Source: the human T2T-CHM13v2.0 reference genome, Homo sapiens
Length of the DNA stretch: 64,000 nt
Reading direction: 5' to 3' (one strand)
Assembly: GCF_009914755.1 (NCBI RefSeq)
Contig: NC_060947.1
Shown piece after piece: positions 1 through 16,366 of this stretch. Within the stretch, counting starts at the first letter, position 1. Each line of letters starts with the position of its first letter. Below the pieces are notes generated by a model. It had not been told where the DNA came from. It worked only from the letters and a program-made list of their open reading frames with translations, and searched no databases. Made by a program: the position numbers and the translations under genes.

Positions 1-889
1 TGTGCTGCCTTGAGACACGGTGCCATGTGTCCCAGCCACTCCAGCTCCAGCTCCTTAAAAGGGGACAAGGTACAGCTCATGCCACTGTTTCAGAGGGTGC
101 AACCCCGAAGCCTTGGTGGCTTCCACATGTTATTGGGCCTGTGGGTACACAGAAGGCAAGAGTTTGGGAGCCTCCACTTAGATTTCAGAGAATATATGGA
201 AATGCCTTGATGTCTAGGCAGAAGTCTGCTGTAGAGACAGAGCCCTCATGAAGAACCTCTACTATGGCCATGCAGAAGGAAAATATGGAGTTGGGAACCC
301 CACACAAAGTCCCCAGTGGGGCACTGACCAGGGGAGCTGTGAGAAGAGGGCCACCATCCTCCAGACCCCAGAACAGTAGATCCACCAACAGCTTGCACTA
401 TGCACCTGGAAAAGCCATCAGCACTCAACACCAGCCCATGAAAGCAACCATGGGGTCTGTACCCTGCAGAGTCACAGGGGCAGAGCTGCCCAAGGCATTG
501 GGAGCCCACACATTGAATCAATGTGACCTGAATGTGAGAAATGGAGTCAAAGGAGATTATTTTGGAGCTTTAAGATTTAATGAATGCCCCTCGGTGTTTT
601 GGTCTTGCAAGGGGCCTGTGGTCCCTTCATTTTGGCCAATTTCTCCCATTTGAAATGGGAGCATTCACCCAATGCCTGTATCCCCACTGTATCTTGGAAG
701 TAACTAACTTGCTTTTGATTTTGCAGGCTCATAGGCAGAAGGGACTTGCCTTGTTTCAGATGAGACTTTGGACTTCAACTTTTGGGTTAATGCTGGAATG
801 AGTTAAGACTTTGGGGGACTGTTGGGAAGACATGATTGTGTTTTGAAATGTGAAAAGGACATGAGATTTGGTAGGTGCCAGGGGCAGAA
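1..889 (+). mobile_element. MaLR internal region (MST-int/THE1-int type), 5' part outside window
   Basis: Typical MaLR-int sequence (gatttcagagaatatatggaaatgcc, ggagtcaaaggagattattttggagc) ending in purine-rich ggggcagaa just before an LTR. Confidence 0.85.
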
Positions 890-1277
890 TTATATGGTTT
901 AGATGTCCCTACCCAAATTTCATCTCAAATTGTAATTTCTACATGTTGGTGGAGGGATCTGGTGGGAAGGGATTGAATCATGGAGGCAGACTTCCCCCTT
1001 TCTGTTCTCATGATAGTGAGTGAGTTTCATGGTTTCATGAGTTTTGGTTGTTTGAAAGTGTGTGGCACTTCACCCTTCACCTTCTCCTTCTCCTGCTCCA
1101 CCATGGTAAGACATGCTTTCTTCCTCTTTGCCTTCTGCCATGATTGCAAGTTTCCTGAGGCCTCCAGTCATGCTTCCTGTTAAGCCTGTGAAACTGTGAG
1201 TCAATTAAGTCTCTTTTGTTCATAAATTACTCAGTCTCAGTTAGTTCTTCATAGCAGTGTGAGAATAGAATAACACA
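890..1277 (+). mobile_element. MaLR 3' LTR (MSTA-like)
   Basis: Starts ttatatggttt (TGATATGG-like), ends gaatagaataacaca; contains gtttgaaagtgtgtggcac and atgcttcctgttaagcctgtg typical of MST LTRs. Confidence 0.85.
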
Positions 1278-1811
1278 ATGTCAGAAACCAAAATCTACAT
1301 AAAGAAAGAGCATTAGAGGAAAAATGAATGAATGTAAAAATTAAATGTTTATTTTTTCTATTCTAAGTGATCCAACAGATAACAGCTTATGCAAAATAAT
1401 AATAGCAATAATATATTTTATTATTGTAGCTTGAAATGCATGTCAGCAATGATGCAAGATACGAGAGAGAGGAATTCAAAATATTTTGTAATAAGTTACT
1501 TGCACCACCCTTGAAGTGCTATAGTATTTTTCAAAAGTGGATTTGGATTAGTTGTAAATGTATACAGTGAATTTCATGGCAACAACTTAAAACATTTTTT
1601 TTAATTAAAAAGGTATAATTGATATACCAAGTAAAGAGAAAAATTGAATCTCAAAAAATGCACAATTAAAATCAAAGGCAGAAAGAGTGGAAGAGAGAAA
1701 CAAAAAATAGGAGCAACAAATACAAAACAGTAAAAAAATATGGTAGACATTAAGCCAACTATGTCAACAATTTCTTTAACCATCAGTAGTCTAAATGCAC
1801 TAATTAAAAGA
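1278..1811 (+). mobile_element. Ancient L1M fragment (inter-ORF region to ORF2 start)
   Basis: AT-rich degenerate L1 ending at ctaaatgcactaattaaaagac (LNxPIKR of ORF2 EN); continues at about 38590. Confidence 0.6.
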
Positions 1812-2467
1812 CGAAATTGGAAATCCTAGCCAAAGCAATCAGGCAAGAAAAAAAAAAGGCATCCAAATAGGAAGAGAGAAAGTGAAACTATATTTCTTCA
1901 CAGATGATATAATTCTACACCTAGAAAGCCATATAAACTCTTCCAAAAGGCCCCTAGAACTAATAAATGTCTTCAGTAAACTTTCAGGATGCAAAACCAA
2001 TGCACAAAAATCAGTAGCATTTGTATACACTAATAACATCCAAGCTGAGAGCCAAGTCACAAGTTACATCCCATTTACAATAGCCACGAAAAGAATATAA
2101 TACCTAGGAATACCACTAACCAGGGAGGTTAAAGATCTCTACAATGAGAATCACAAAACACTGATTAAAGAAATCATAGATGACATGAGCAAATGGAAAA
2201 ACATTCCATGCTGATGGATAGGAAGAATCAATATTGTTAAAATGGTCACATGGCCAAAAGCAACTTACAGATTCAATGCTGTTCCTATCATTCTACAATA
2301 GTCATTTTTAACAGAATTAGAAAAAAACTATTCTAAAATTCATATGGAACCAAAAAAAGAGCAGGAATAGCCAAAGCAATGCTAACCAAGAAGAATGAAG
2401 CTGGCAGCATCACACTACTCAACTTCAAACTATACCACAAAACTACAGTAACCAAAATAGCTGGTAT
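1812..2467 (+). mobile_element. 5'-truncated L1PA16-like host element, piece 1 (ORF2 RT region)
   Basis: ORF 1882-2100 shows FTDDII (FADD motif); colinear continuation at 3184, 9421, 28519 and 37887. Confidence 0.8.
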
Positions 2468-3183
2468 TGTTACAGTAGGTAGTCAGGCAGACATGAGCAA
2501 GGCAGGAGAGGTCTCCCCCACCATCAAGAGGGTCAGGCAACCATCAAATTATGCTAAGGTGGTCATTACACTGTTTCTCTAAAATAATAATTGGTTACAG
2601 CTGGAGCCAGGAAAAGGCAGCCTCCCAATAGGTAGGAAACACCTAAAGTTGATGATCAGTGGCTTGCTGATAAGATCTCAGGAGTTGGGTGAGTGGGCTG
2701 AAGCATGTGCATTAAGAGGCAAAATGACAGAGTTTAACTGGTATGTGATCTCCCTCTGGAAACACTCAACTGGTAAGGGAAGAATGCCTCAAGTAAGCAT
2801 GTGCACAATTTCAGTAAACACACTGCCCACACAGCACCTCCCAAGTGCTGGCAGGCCACTGTGCCTGTAGAAAGCCCACCCCAAGGGAAGAATCAGGGGA
2901 GAAGGGATACAACCCTCCCACCCGAGAAGCATGCCAAGGTATGAAACCCCAAGTTAAAGGTCAAACCATGCACTTTATCTCTCAACTAACCCGTGTGGCC
3001 CTCTTTGAAGTATACTATACTTCCTTTGATTCCACTCTAATACTTTTTAATAATGTTTCGCTCCTGTTCTAAAACCTGCCTTGGTCTCTCACTCTGCCTT
3101 TTGCCTCTCAGTTAAACTCTTTCTTCTAAAGAGTCAAGAATTGAGGTTGCTGCAGACCTGTACAGATTCATCTGCCACTAACA
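2468..3183 (+). mobile_element. ERV1 solo LTR, MER50-like
   Basis: TG...CA termini (tgttacagtaggtagtcaggcagacatgagc ... ccactaaca); interrupts L1 ORF2, which resumes colinearly; matches recalled MER50 consensus. Confidence 0.8.
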
Positions 3184-3429
3184 CTAGCAGTGAAAAAAAA
3201 CAGACAAAGACCAATGGAAGAGAGGAGAGAACCCAGAAAAAAGCCACACACCTACAATCATCTGATCTTTGACAAAGTCAAGAGTAACAAGCAATGTGGC
3301 AAGGATTCTCTATTCAACAAATGGTCCTGGGATAACTGGCTAGCCATATACAGAAGATTGAAACTGGACCCCTTAACTCAAGACAGATCAAAGACTTAAA
3401 TACAAAACCTTTAAAAGCTATGAAATATT
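3184..3429 (+). mobile_element. L1PA16-like host, piece 2
   Basis: Encodes [10 protein letters not shown]...[15 protein letters not shown] (L1 ORF2). Confidence 0.8.
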
Positions 3430-4357
3430 GAGGCCATTCCAAGATTGCCGAATAGGAACAGCTCCAGTCTACAGCTCCCAGCGTGAGCGACATAGAAGAT
3501 GGGTGATTTCTGCATTTCCAACAGAGGTGCCGGGTTCATCTCACTGGGGCTTCTCAGACTGTGGGGACAGGACAGAGGGTACAGCCCACCAAGCATGAGC
3601 CAAAGCAGGGAGAGACATCACCTCACCAGGGAAGAGCAAGGGATCAGGGAATTCCCTTTCCTAGTCAAGGGAAGTGGTGATGGATGTCACCTGGAAAATC
3701 AGGTCACTCCCGCCTTAATACTGTGCTTTTCCAACGGTCTTAGCAAACAGCACACCAGGAGATTTTATCCCTCACCTGGCTCAGATACTCCCATGCCCAT
3801 GGAGTCATGCTCATTGCTAGCACAGCAGTCTGAGATCAAACTGGAAGCTCGAAACAGGAGGAGCCCACTGCAGCTCAAGGAGGCCTGCCTGCCTCTGTAG
3901 ACTCCACCTCTGGGGGCAGGGCGTAGCCAAACAAAAGGCAGCAGAAACCTCTGCAGACTTAAATGTCCCCATCTGACAGCTTTGAAGAGAGTAGTGGTTT
4001 TCCCAGCATGGAGTTTGAGATCTGACAATGGACAGACTGCCTCCTTAAGTGGGTCCCTGACCCCCCAGTAGGGGCAGACTGACACCTCAAATGGCCGGGT
4101 ACCTCTCTGAGATGAAGTTTCCAGAGGAATGATCAGGCAGCAACATTTGCTGTTCAGCAATATTTGATGTTCTGCAGCTCTGCTGCTGATACCCAGGCAA
4201 ACAGGGTCCAGAGTGGACATCCAGCAAACTCCAACAGACCTGCAGCTGAGGTTCCTGACTGTTAGAAGGAAAACTAACAAACAGAAAGGACACCCACACC
4301 AAAACTCCATCTGTACGTCACCATCATCAAAGACCAAAGGTAGATAAAACCACAAAG

Positions 4358-5374
4358 ATGGGGAAAAAACAAAGCAGAAAAGCTGAAAATTCTAAAAATC
4401 AGAGTGCCTCTCCCCCTCCAAAGGAATGCAACTCCTTGCCAGCAACAGAACAAAGCTGGACAGAGAATGAGTTTGACGAGTGGACAGAAGAAGGCTTCAG
4501 ATGATCAAACTTCTCCAAGCTAAAGGAGGAAGTTTGAACCCTTCGCAAAGAAGCTAAAAACCTTGAAAAAAGAGTAGACGAATGGCTAACTAGAATAACT
4601 AGTGTAGAGGAGTCCTTAAATGGCCTGATGGAGCTGAAAACAATGGCATGAGAACTACATGACACATGGACAAGTGTCAGTAGCCAATTGATCAACTGGA
4701 ATAAAGGGTATCAGTGATTTAAGATCAAATGAATGAAATGAAGCAAGAAGAGAAATTTAGAGAAAAAAGAGGAAAAAGAAACAAACAAAGCCTCCAAGAA
4801 ATATGGGACTATTTGAAAAGACAAAATCTACATCTGATTGGTGTACCTGAAAGTGATGGGGAGAATGGAACCGAGTTGGAAAACACATTGCAGGATATTA
4901 TCCAGGAGAACTTCCCCAATCTAGCAAGGCAGGCCAACATTCAAATTCAGGAAATACAGAGAAAACCACAAAGATACTCCTCAAGAAGAGCAACTCCAAG
5001 ACACATAATTGTCAGATTCACCAAAGTTGAAATGAAGGAAAAAATCTTAAGAGCAGCCAGAGAGAAAGGTCGGGTTACCCACAAAGGGAAGCCCATCACA
5101 CTAACAGCTGATATCTTGGCAGAAACTCTAGAAGCCAGAAGAGAGTGGGGGCCAATATTCAACATTCTTAAAGAAAAGAATTTTCAACCTAGAATTTCAT
5201 ATCCAGCCAAACTAAGCTTCATAAGTAAAGAAGAAATAAAATATTTTACAGACAAGCAAATGCTGAGAGATTTTGTCACCAACAGGCCTGCCCCTAAAAG
5301 AGCTCCTGAAGGAAGCACTAAACATGGAAAGGAACAACCGGTACCAGCCATTGGAAAAGCATGCCAAATTGTAA
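4358..5374 (+). pseudogene. L1 ORF1p remnant of copy A (stops and frameshifts)
   Basis: ATG GGG AAA AAA start; ORF 4729-5430 carries RRM/CTD sequence (RYSSRRATPRHIIVRF, YPAKLSF). Confidence 0.9.
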
Positions 5375-5437
5375 ACACCACTGATGCTAGGAAGAATCTG
5401 CATCAACTAACGAGCAAAATAACCAGCTGACATCATA

Positions 5438-9186
<3,749 letters not shown>

Positions 9187-9420
9187 ACAATGAGAACACA
9201 TGGACACAGGAAGGGGAACATCACACACCAGGGCCTATCATGGGATGGGGGTAGGGGGGAGGGATAGCATTAGGAGATATACCTAATGTTAAATGACGAG
9301 TTAATGGGTGCAGCACACCAACATGGCGCATGTTTACTTATGTAACAAACCTGCACATTGTGCACCTGTACCCTAGAACTTAAGGTATAGTAATGAAAAA
9401 AAAAAAAGCTACAAAATATT

Positions 9421-9548
9421 ATTCTTGACATTGGCCTTAGCAAAGAATTTGTCACTAAATCCCCAAAAGCAACCGCAACAAAAATAAAAATTAACAAGTT
9501 AGACCTAATTAAACTAAAGTGCTTCTGCACAGCAAAAGATACTATCAA
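9421..9548 (+). mobile_element. L1PA16-like host, piece 3
   Basis: attcttgacattggcc...ttctgcacagcaaaagatactatcaa follows on from piece 2 after removing copy A. Confidence 0.75.
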
Positions 9549-10059
9549 GGAGTACCAAGAGGGCTGATTAGAAGAAGCTAGTGTGCACCACTCACAGAGA
9601 GGAGAATGAGTGGAAAATGCACACTAGCTCTTCAACTGGATCATCCAGGTGGAAACGTTGAGATTCATCAGGGAAGCAACACGACTCACAGAGGACAGAG
9701 AAAAGTGAGACAGGACAGATGCCCAACCAGGTTTGGCATGGAGCCAAGAGAGGCTCCCTACTGTGGGGAAACAGTGAGTGAGTGAGAGCCCTCAGGGACC
9801 CACACTGCTGCCATGGGCCTTCCCAACTCTGAGCCCAGGAGATTTCCTCTCCCCCACCACGAGGTTATCCAGATGACATGGAGAGCTGTGTGCAGTCTGG
9901 GCAGAGCTGCCACTCAAGCCCACATGAAATCCCAGAGGCATTGGACCCCTGGGCACCCTGGCACAAGCAGCTGCAGTTCTGACAATGGGGGAGGCGAGGG
10001 TCCCTGGTAAACCCCCAGGATATGGGCTGAATCCATGGGGCTGAGAAGCACACAGACTG

Positions 10060-12060
10060 CAGGTCTCAACACCACTGCACCTTGCCAGACAAGGCCTACT
10101 GGTCTTGGTCCCTAGCACGGCCACCTCAGCCCTGCCTGAGGTCTCGGGACAGTAGCAGCCCCACACTTCCCTGAGATGGAGCTCCAAGTGGTAGCAGGTA
10201 GGCCTGCCAGTTTTACTGCTCCCCACTCCTGCTGCCCTCAGGCTCGGGAGGGAGCAAAGAGATAATGTATTAAGGAGAGTACATCTGTCAGCACAGTACA
10301 TCTGCCTCATGGGAAAATGGCCAGACTATTTTCCATAGTCCCTTCTACTCCTCACTGGGCAGGGTCTCCCAATCTTGGACCCCAGCCAACACACTCCCAT
10401 CTGGGCCTTCCGATTGATAGCAGCTATGCACTTCCCTGGCATGGAGTTCCCAGTAGTAGCAGGTAGGCCTGGCAGTTGCTGCACAGCAGCTCCTGTGCCT
10501 GCTGCCCTGAGGCTCAGGATGAAGCAAAAAGACTAAAGACTCATGTAAGCCTCCACCACAACTCAGGTACCTTATGGAAAAGTGGCCAGTTTTTCACGCA
10601 TTTCCCTGCACTCGTTACTCCTCACTGGGCAGGGCCTCTCAACCTGGGGCACCAGCACAACCACCCTGCCACTACCCAAACACTTCAGTTGCTGGTGGTT
10701 CTGTGTTTCTCTGGGGAGGAAATCCCAGAGACAACCCACAGGCCCTCTTCCATTGTAACTGCAGTGTTACCACCCTTATTGTCCTCAAGCTGGTGGAGGA
10801 ACACACTGGCCGGTGATGTCACTGGCACCTCCAGCACACCACAGCCACTATAAGGGGAGGAGCCCAGACTATCTTTCTTATGAGTCACTGCTCCCTACCC
10901 TTCACCAGGCAGGGCCCCCAGCTGAGGACCACAGAGCAGCTGTCCCACCCCAGACTAAGCATTCCCACTGGCAGTGAAATTGTGTTTCCCTGGGATGAAG
11001 CTCCCTGTGACAAATGACAGCCCCACCACCACCACTGCCACAGCAGCAGTTTTGCCCTTGCTGCCCTTAGACTGGGGAAAGAAGGAAGAGCCTAATGGTT
11101 TTACTCCTGTCTCCAGCACACAACCATCACCATACAGAGAGGAGCCCAGTCTCTCTTTCCTATGAGCCTCTAGCCCCCTGCTCTTCACCAAGTAGAGCCC
11201 CTGGCTCATGCCTACAGTGTAGTTACTCCACCCCCTTGCTGAACATTCCTATTGGCAGAGGCTCTGCATTTCTCTAAGGTGGATCTCCCAGAGACAACTG
11301 AAAGCCCCTTTGCCACTGGCACTGCCACTCCAGGGGTACCACCTGTATTAGTCCATGCTCACACTGCTATAAAGAACTACCTGAGACTAGGTAATCTATA
11401 AACAAAAGAGGGCTAATTGACTCACAGTCTCACAGGCCTAACAGGAAATATGACTGGGAGGCTTCAGGAAACTTACAGTCATGGTGGAAGGTGAAGGGGA
11501 AGCAAGCACATCTTACCATGGTGGAACAGAAGAAAGAGAGATAACTAAAGGGGAAGTGCCACACACTTTCAAACAATCAGATCTCATGAGAACTCACTCA
11601 CTGTCATGAGAACAGCAAGAGGGAAGTCCATCCTCACGATTAAATTATTTCCCTCCAGGACCCTCCCTTGACATGTGGGAATTACAATTTGTGATGAAAT
11701 TTGAGTGGGAACACACAGCCAATTAATATCATTGCCCTTGCTATTCTCAGACTAGGGGAAAAAAACAAAAATCTGAGTGCTTTACTCACACCTCCAGCAC
11801 ACCAGAGCCACCTAAAAAGAAGACGCCAGTCTGTCTTCCCAATGAGCCTCTGCCCCTGCTGTTTGTCACCAGGAAAGGGTTCTGCATTGGGCCCACAGTG
11901 CAGCCACCTCATTCTGAGCCAATCACTACAGTTGGCAGTGACTCTGCATTTCTCTAAGACAGATCCCCAAGAGACAAGTAAAAGGCCTTCTGTCATTGCT
12001 ACTGCCAAGGTCCCTGTGTCTGCTGCTCTCAAGTTGAGGAGGAAAGACAAAATCTGAGCT
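10060..12060 (+). repeat. Degenerate tandem array of about 270-290-bp units in the old L1 5'UTR
   Basis: Recurring motif cctcactgggcaggg / cttcaccaggcaggg at about 10082, 10350, 10620, 10900, 11183 and 11864 (last unit after the MST insertion). Confidence 0.6.
11344..11731 (-). mobile_element. MSTA-like solo LTR
   Basis: tgtattagtcc ... aatatca termini (reverse MaLR LTR); degenerate 5-bp TSD ccacc/ttgcc. Confidence 0.9.
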
Positions 12061-13893
12061 TGCCCCAGGGCTCTGATGTGCAGCCTGGGAGTGCAAAGCT
12101 AAAATCTGTAGCCAGCACTCAAGTGGCAAAGGAGCCTACACTCTCAGATCACTGTCAGGAAGCACAGCTACAAATGCAAAGAAATACAGGGGAGACACGT
12201 GGTTAAGCAAGAGCCTTCCTACTGGCCATTACATTTAACCACCACCTACTGGTTAACAGCCCAAACTGCAACACCAAAAATATTTTGCTAATATACACCC
12301 TGTGAAACCAAGGACAAGTATTCAGGTAAAAAAACAGACCCTGCACAAAGCCTCAGCCCTTAGAAAACATGCAGAAATGAAGCCAATTGACTACACTCAA
12401 GTTACATCACAGTAAAAGAACACCAGCCCATCCAGGTAACAAAGAACCAGTGCAAGGACTCTGGTAACTCAAAAAGCCAGATTCTCTTCTTACATTCAGA
12501 TGACTGCACTAGTTACCCAGCAATGATTCTTAACCAGTCTGAAATGGCTGAAATGACAGATATAGAAGTTAGAAAATGGATAGAAATGAAGATCATCAAC
12601 ATTCAGGAGAGAATTGAAGCCCAATCCAAGGAATCCAATGCAAAAAAAAAGATTCAGGAGATAGAAGACAAAATGGCAATTTTTAGAAGGAACAAAACAG
12701 ATCTGATCAAGCTGAAAAACTTACCTCAAGAATTCCATGATACAATCCCAAATATTAACTGCCAAATTGACTAAGTTGAGGAAAGAATCTCAGAGCTTGA
12801 AAACTGGTTCTCTGAAATAAATCAGTAAGACAAAAATAAAGAAAAAAAACAGTAAAGAAGAATAAAGAAAATCTCTGAGAAATATGGGATTATGTAAAGA
12901 CACCAAATCTGTGACTCATTAGTGTCCCCGAAAGAGAAGGATAAAAAGCAAGCAACTTGGAAAACGTGTTTGAGGATATTATCCACAAAAACTTTCTCAA
13001 TCTCACCAGAGAGGTCAACATTCAAATTCAGAAAATGCATGGAATCCCCACAAGATACAATACAACATGATCATCCCTGAGACACAGAGCCATCAGATTT
13101 TCCAAGGTCAAAATGAAAGAAAAAATATTAAAGGCAGCTATAGAGAAGGGGCAGGTCACCTACAAAGGGAATCCCATTAAGCTAACAGTGGACCATTCAG
13201 CAGAAACCCTACAAGTCAGAAGAAATTGGGAAACCTATATTCAACATTCTTAAAACAAAGAAATTCCAACTAAGAATTTCATATGCAGTCAAACTAAGTT
13301 TCATAAGTGAAGGAGAAATAAGATTATTTTTAGAAACGCAAATGCTAAAGGAATGTATTACCACAAGATCTGCCTTACAAGAGGTCCTGAAGGGAGTGCT
13401 AAATATGGACAGGAAAGACCATTACCAGCTACCACAAAACCATACTTAACTACATAGACCTTTGACACAGTAAAGCAATAACACAATCAAGTCTACATAA
13501 TAACCAGCTAACAACAAAACGACAGCAGCAAACCCACAAATACCAATACTAACTTAGAAAATAAACCAGCTATATGCCTCAATTAAATGGAACAGAGTGG
13601 CAACTGTATGCTGTCTTCCAAAGACCCATCTCACATGCAATGACACCCATAGGCCTAAAGTAAAAGTATGGGGAAAAATCAACCATGCAAATGGAAAACA
13701 GAAAAAGCAAAGGTCACTGTTATAGTTTCAGACAAACCAGACATGAAACCAAAAAAGATGAAAAAAGACAAAGAAGGGCTTTACATAATGATAAAGGTTT
13801 CAATTAATCAAGAAGGCATAACTATTCTAAGTATATGTGTACCAAACACAAACACAGGAACATCCAGATTCATAAAATAAATTCTTAGAGACC

Positions 13894-15622
13894 AGGCTCT
13901 CCCTCTCCCTCTCCCTCTCCCTCTCCCTCTCCCTCTCCCTCTCCCTCTCCCTCTCCCTCTCCCTCTCCCTCTCCCCACGGTCTCCCTCTCCCCACGGTCT
14001 CCCTCTCCCTCTCTTTCCACGGTCTCCCTCTGATGCCGAGCCGAAGCTGGACTGTACTGCTGCCATCTCGGCTCACTGCAGCCTCCCTGCCTGATTCTCC
14101 TGCCTCAGCCTGCCGAGTGCCTGCGATTGCAGGCAAGCCGCCACGCCTGACTGGTTTTCATATTTTTTTGGTGGAGACGGGGTTTCACTGTGTTGGCCGG
14201 GCTGGTCTCCAGCTCCTAACCGTGAGTGATCCGCCAGCCTCGGCCTCCCGAGGTGCCGGGATTGCAGACGGAGTCTCGTTCACTCAGTGCTCAGTGGTGC
14301 CCAGGCTGGAGTGCAGTGGCGTGATCTCGGCTCGCTACAACCTCCACCTCCCAGCCGCCTGCCTTGGCCTCCCAAAGTACCGAGATTGCAGCCTCTGCCC
14401 GACACCACCCCATTTGAGAAGTGAGGAGCGTCTCCGCCTGGCTGCCCATCGTCTGGGATGTGAGGAGCCCCTCTGCCTGGCTGCCCAGTCTGGAAAGTGA
14501 GGAGCGTCTCTGCCCGGCCGCCATCCCATCTAGGAAGTGAGGAGCGCCTCTTCCTGGCCGCCATCCCATCTAGGAAGTGAGGAGGGTCTCTGCCCCGCCA
14601 CCCCGTCTGGGATGTGAGGAGCGCCTCTGCCCGGATGCCCCGTCTGAGAAGTGAGGAGACCCTCTGCCTGGCAACTGCCCCGTCTGAGAAGTGAGGAGCC
14701 CCTCCGCCCGGCAGCTGCCCCATCTGAGAAGTGAAGAGCCCCTCCGCCTGGCAGCCACCCCGTCTGGGAAGTGAGGAGCTTCTCCGCCTGGCAGCTGCCC
14801 AGTCCGGGAGGGAGGTGGGGGGGGTCAGCCCCCCGCCCGGCCAGCCGCCCCGTCTGGGAGGGAGGTGGGGGGGTCAGCCCCCCGCCCGGCCAGCTGCCCT
14901 GTCTGGGAGGGAGGTGGGGGTGGTCAGCCCCCCGCCCGGCCAGCTGCCCCGTCTGGGAGGGAGGTGGGGGGGTCAGCCCCCCACCCGGCCAGCCACCCCG
15001 TCCGGGAGGTGAGGGGTGCCTCTGCCCGGCCACCCCTACTGGGAAGTGAGGAGCCCCTCTGCCCGGCCACCACCCCGTCTGGGAGGTGTACCCAACAGCT
15101 CATTGAGAACGGGCCATGACGACAATGGCGGTTTTGTGGAATAGAAAGGGGGGAAAGGTGGGGAAAAGATTGAGAAATCGGATGGTTGCTGTGTCTGTGT
15201 AGAAAGAAGTAGACATGGGAGACTTTTCATTTTGGTCTGTACTAAGAAAAATTCTTCTGCCTTGGGATCCTGTTGATCTGTGACCTTACCCCCAACCCTG
15301 TGCTCTCTGAAACATGTGCTGTGTCCACTCAGGGTTAAATGGGTTAAGGGTGGTGCAAGATGTGCTTTGTTAAACAGATGCTTGAAGGCAGCATGCTCCT
15401 TAAGAGTCATCACCACTCCCTAATCTCAAGTACCCAGGGACACAAACACTGCAGAAGGCCGCAGGGTCCTCTGCCTAGGAAAACCAGAGACCTTTGTTCA
15501 CTTGTTTATCTGCTGACCTTCCCTCCACTATTGTCCTATGACCCTGCCAAATCCCCCTCTGCGAGAAACACCCAAGAATGATCAATAAAATAAATAAATA
15601 AATAAATAAAGTTACAAAAAAA
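13894..15622 (+). mobile_element. Full-length SVA (SVA_C/D-like)
   Basis: (CCCTCT)n hexamer, Alu-like domain, GC-rich VNTR (about 14400-15090), SINE-R, AATAAA and poly(A); perfect 15-bp TSD aaattcttagagacc 13879-13893 / 15623-15637. Confidence 0.97.
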
Positions 15623-16366
15623 AAATTCTTAGAGACCTATGAAGAGATTTAGATAACTATACAATAATAGGGGGGGCATCAACACCCCACTGACTGCAAT
15701 AGATCATCAAGGCACTAAACTAACAAAGATATCAGGAACTTGAGGATGGCATTTGACCAAATGGGCTAAGAAACATCTACAGAACTCTTACCCCCAAACA
15801 ATGGGATGTACATTTATCTCATCAGCACATGGCACATACTGTAAAATTGACCACACAATCAGCTATAAAACAATCTTCAGCAAATTTGAAAGAAACAGAA
15901 ATTATGCCAAACACAATCTTGGACTACAGTTTAATAAAAATAAAAATCAATACTAAGGAAATTGCTCAAAATCTTACAATGACATAAAAATTAAACAACC
16001 TACTCCTGAACGATTTTGGGGTAAAACAAAATTAAAGCAGAAATCAATAAATTCATTGAAACTAATGAGAAAAAAAGATACAACATACCAGAATCTTTGG
16101 GACACAGCTAAAGCAGTGCAAAGAGGATTGTTTACAGCACTAAACACCCACATCAAAAAGTGAGAAAGATCTCAAATTTACAACCTAACATCACACCTAG
16201 AAGAACAAGAAACAAGAGCAAACCAATCCCAGAGGTAGCAGAATGAGAATTAACCAAAATCAGAGCTGAACTGAATAAATTTGAAATGTAAAACAACATA
16301 GGAAATATCAATAAATCCTTGAATTGGATATTTGAAAGAATAAATAAGGTTGATAGAACTCTAGTG

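Larger units (their letters stand above)
9549..16366 (+). mobile_element. Old formerly full-length L1 (L1PA13-16/L1P4-type 5'UTR, ORF1, 5' ORF2), interrupted by an MST LTR and an SVA
   Basis: 5' start gagtaccaagagggctgattagaagaagctag; long GC-rich repetitive 5'UTR; ORF1 remnant (12523-12774); EN remnant (13668-13880); further pieces at 17488, 24280 and 27898. Confidence 0.8.

Noticed and set aside
1-1277. MaLR at 1-1277 and 16367-17487 as a local duplication
   Set aside because: LTR types differ (MST-like vs THE1-like) and similarity is at family level only
4649-4651. Shared ORF1 TGA stop in copies A and D as conversion evidence
   Set aside because: CGA>TGA at a CpG is a recurrent mutation and so uninformative
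14400-15090. CRISPR-like repeat array
   Set aside because: SVA VNTR with no unique spacers, in eukaryotic context
13808-15119. RG/RE/GE-repeat and Pro/Gly-rich ORFs
   Set aside because: Translations of the SVA hexamer and VNTR, not genes
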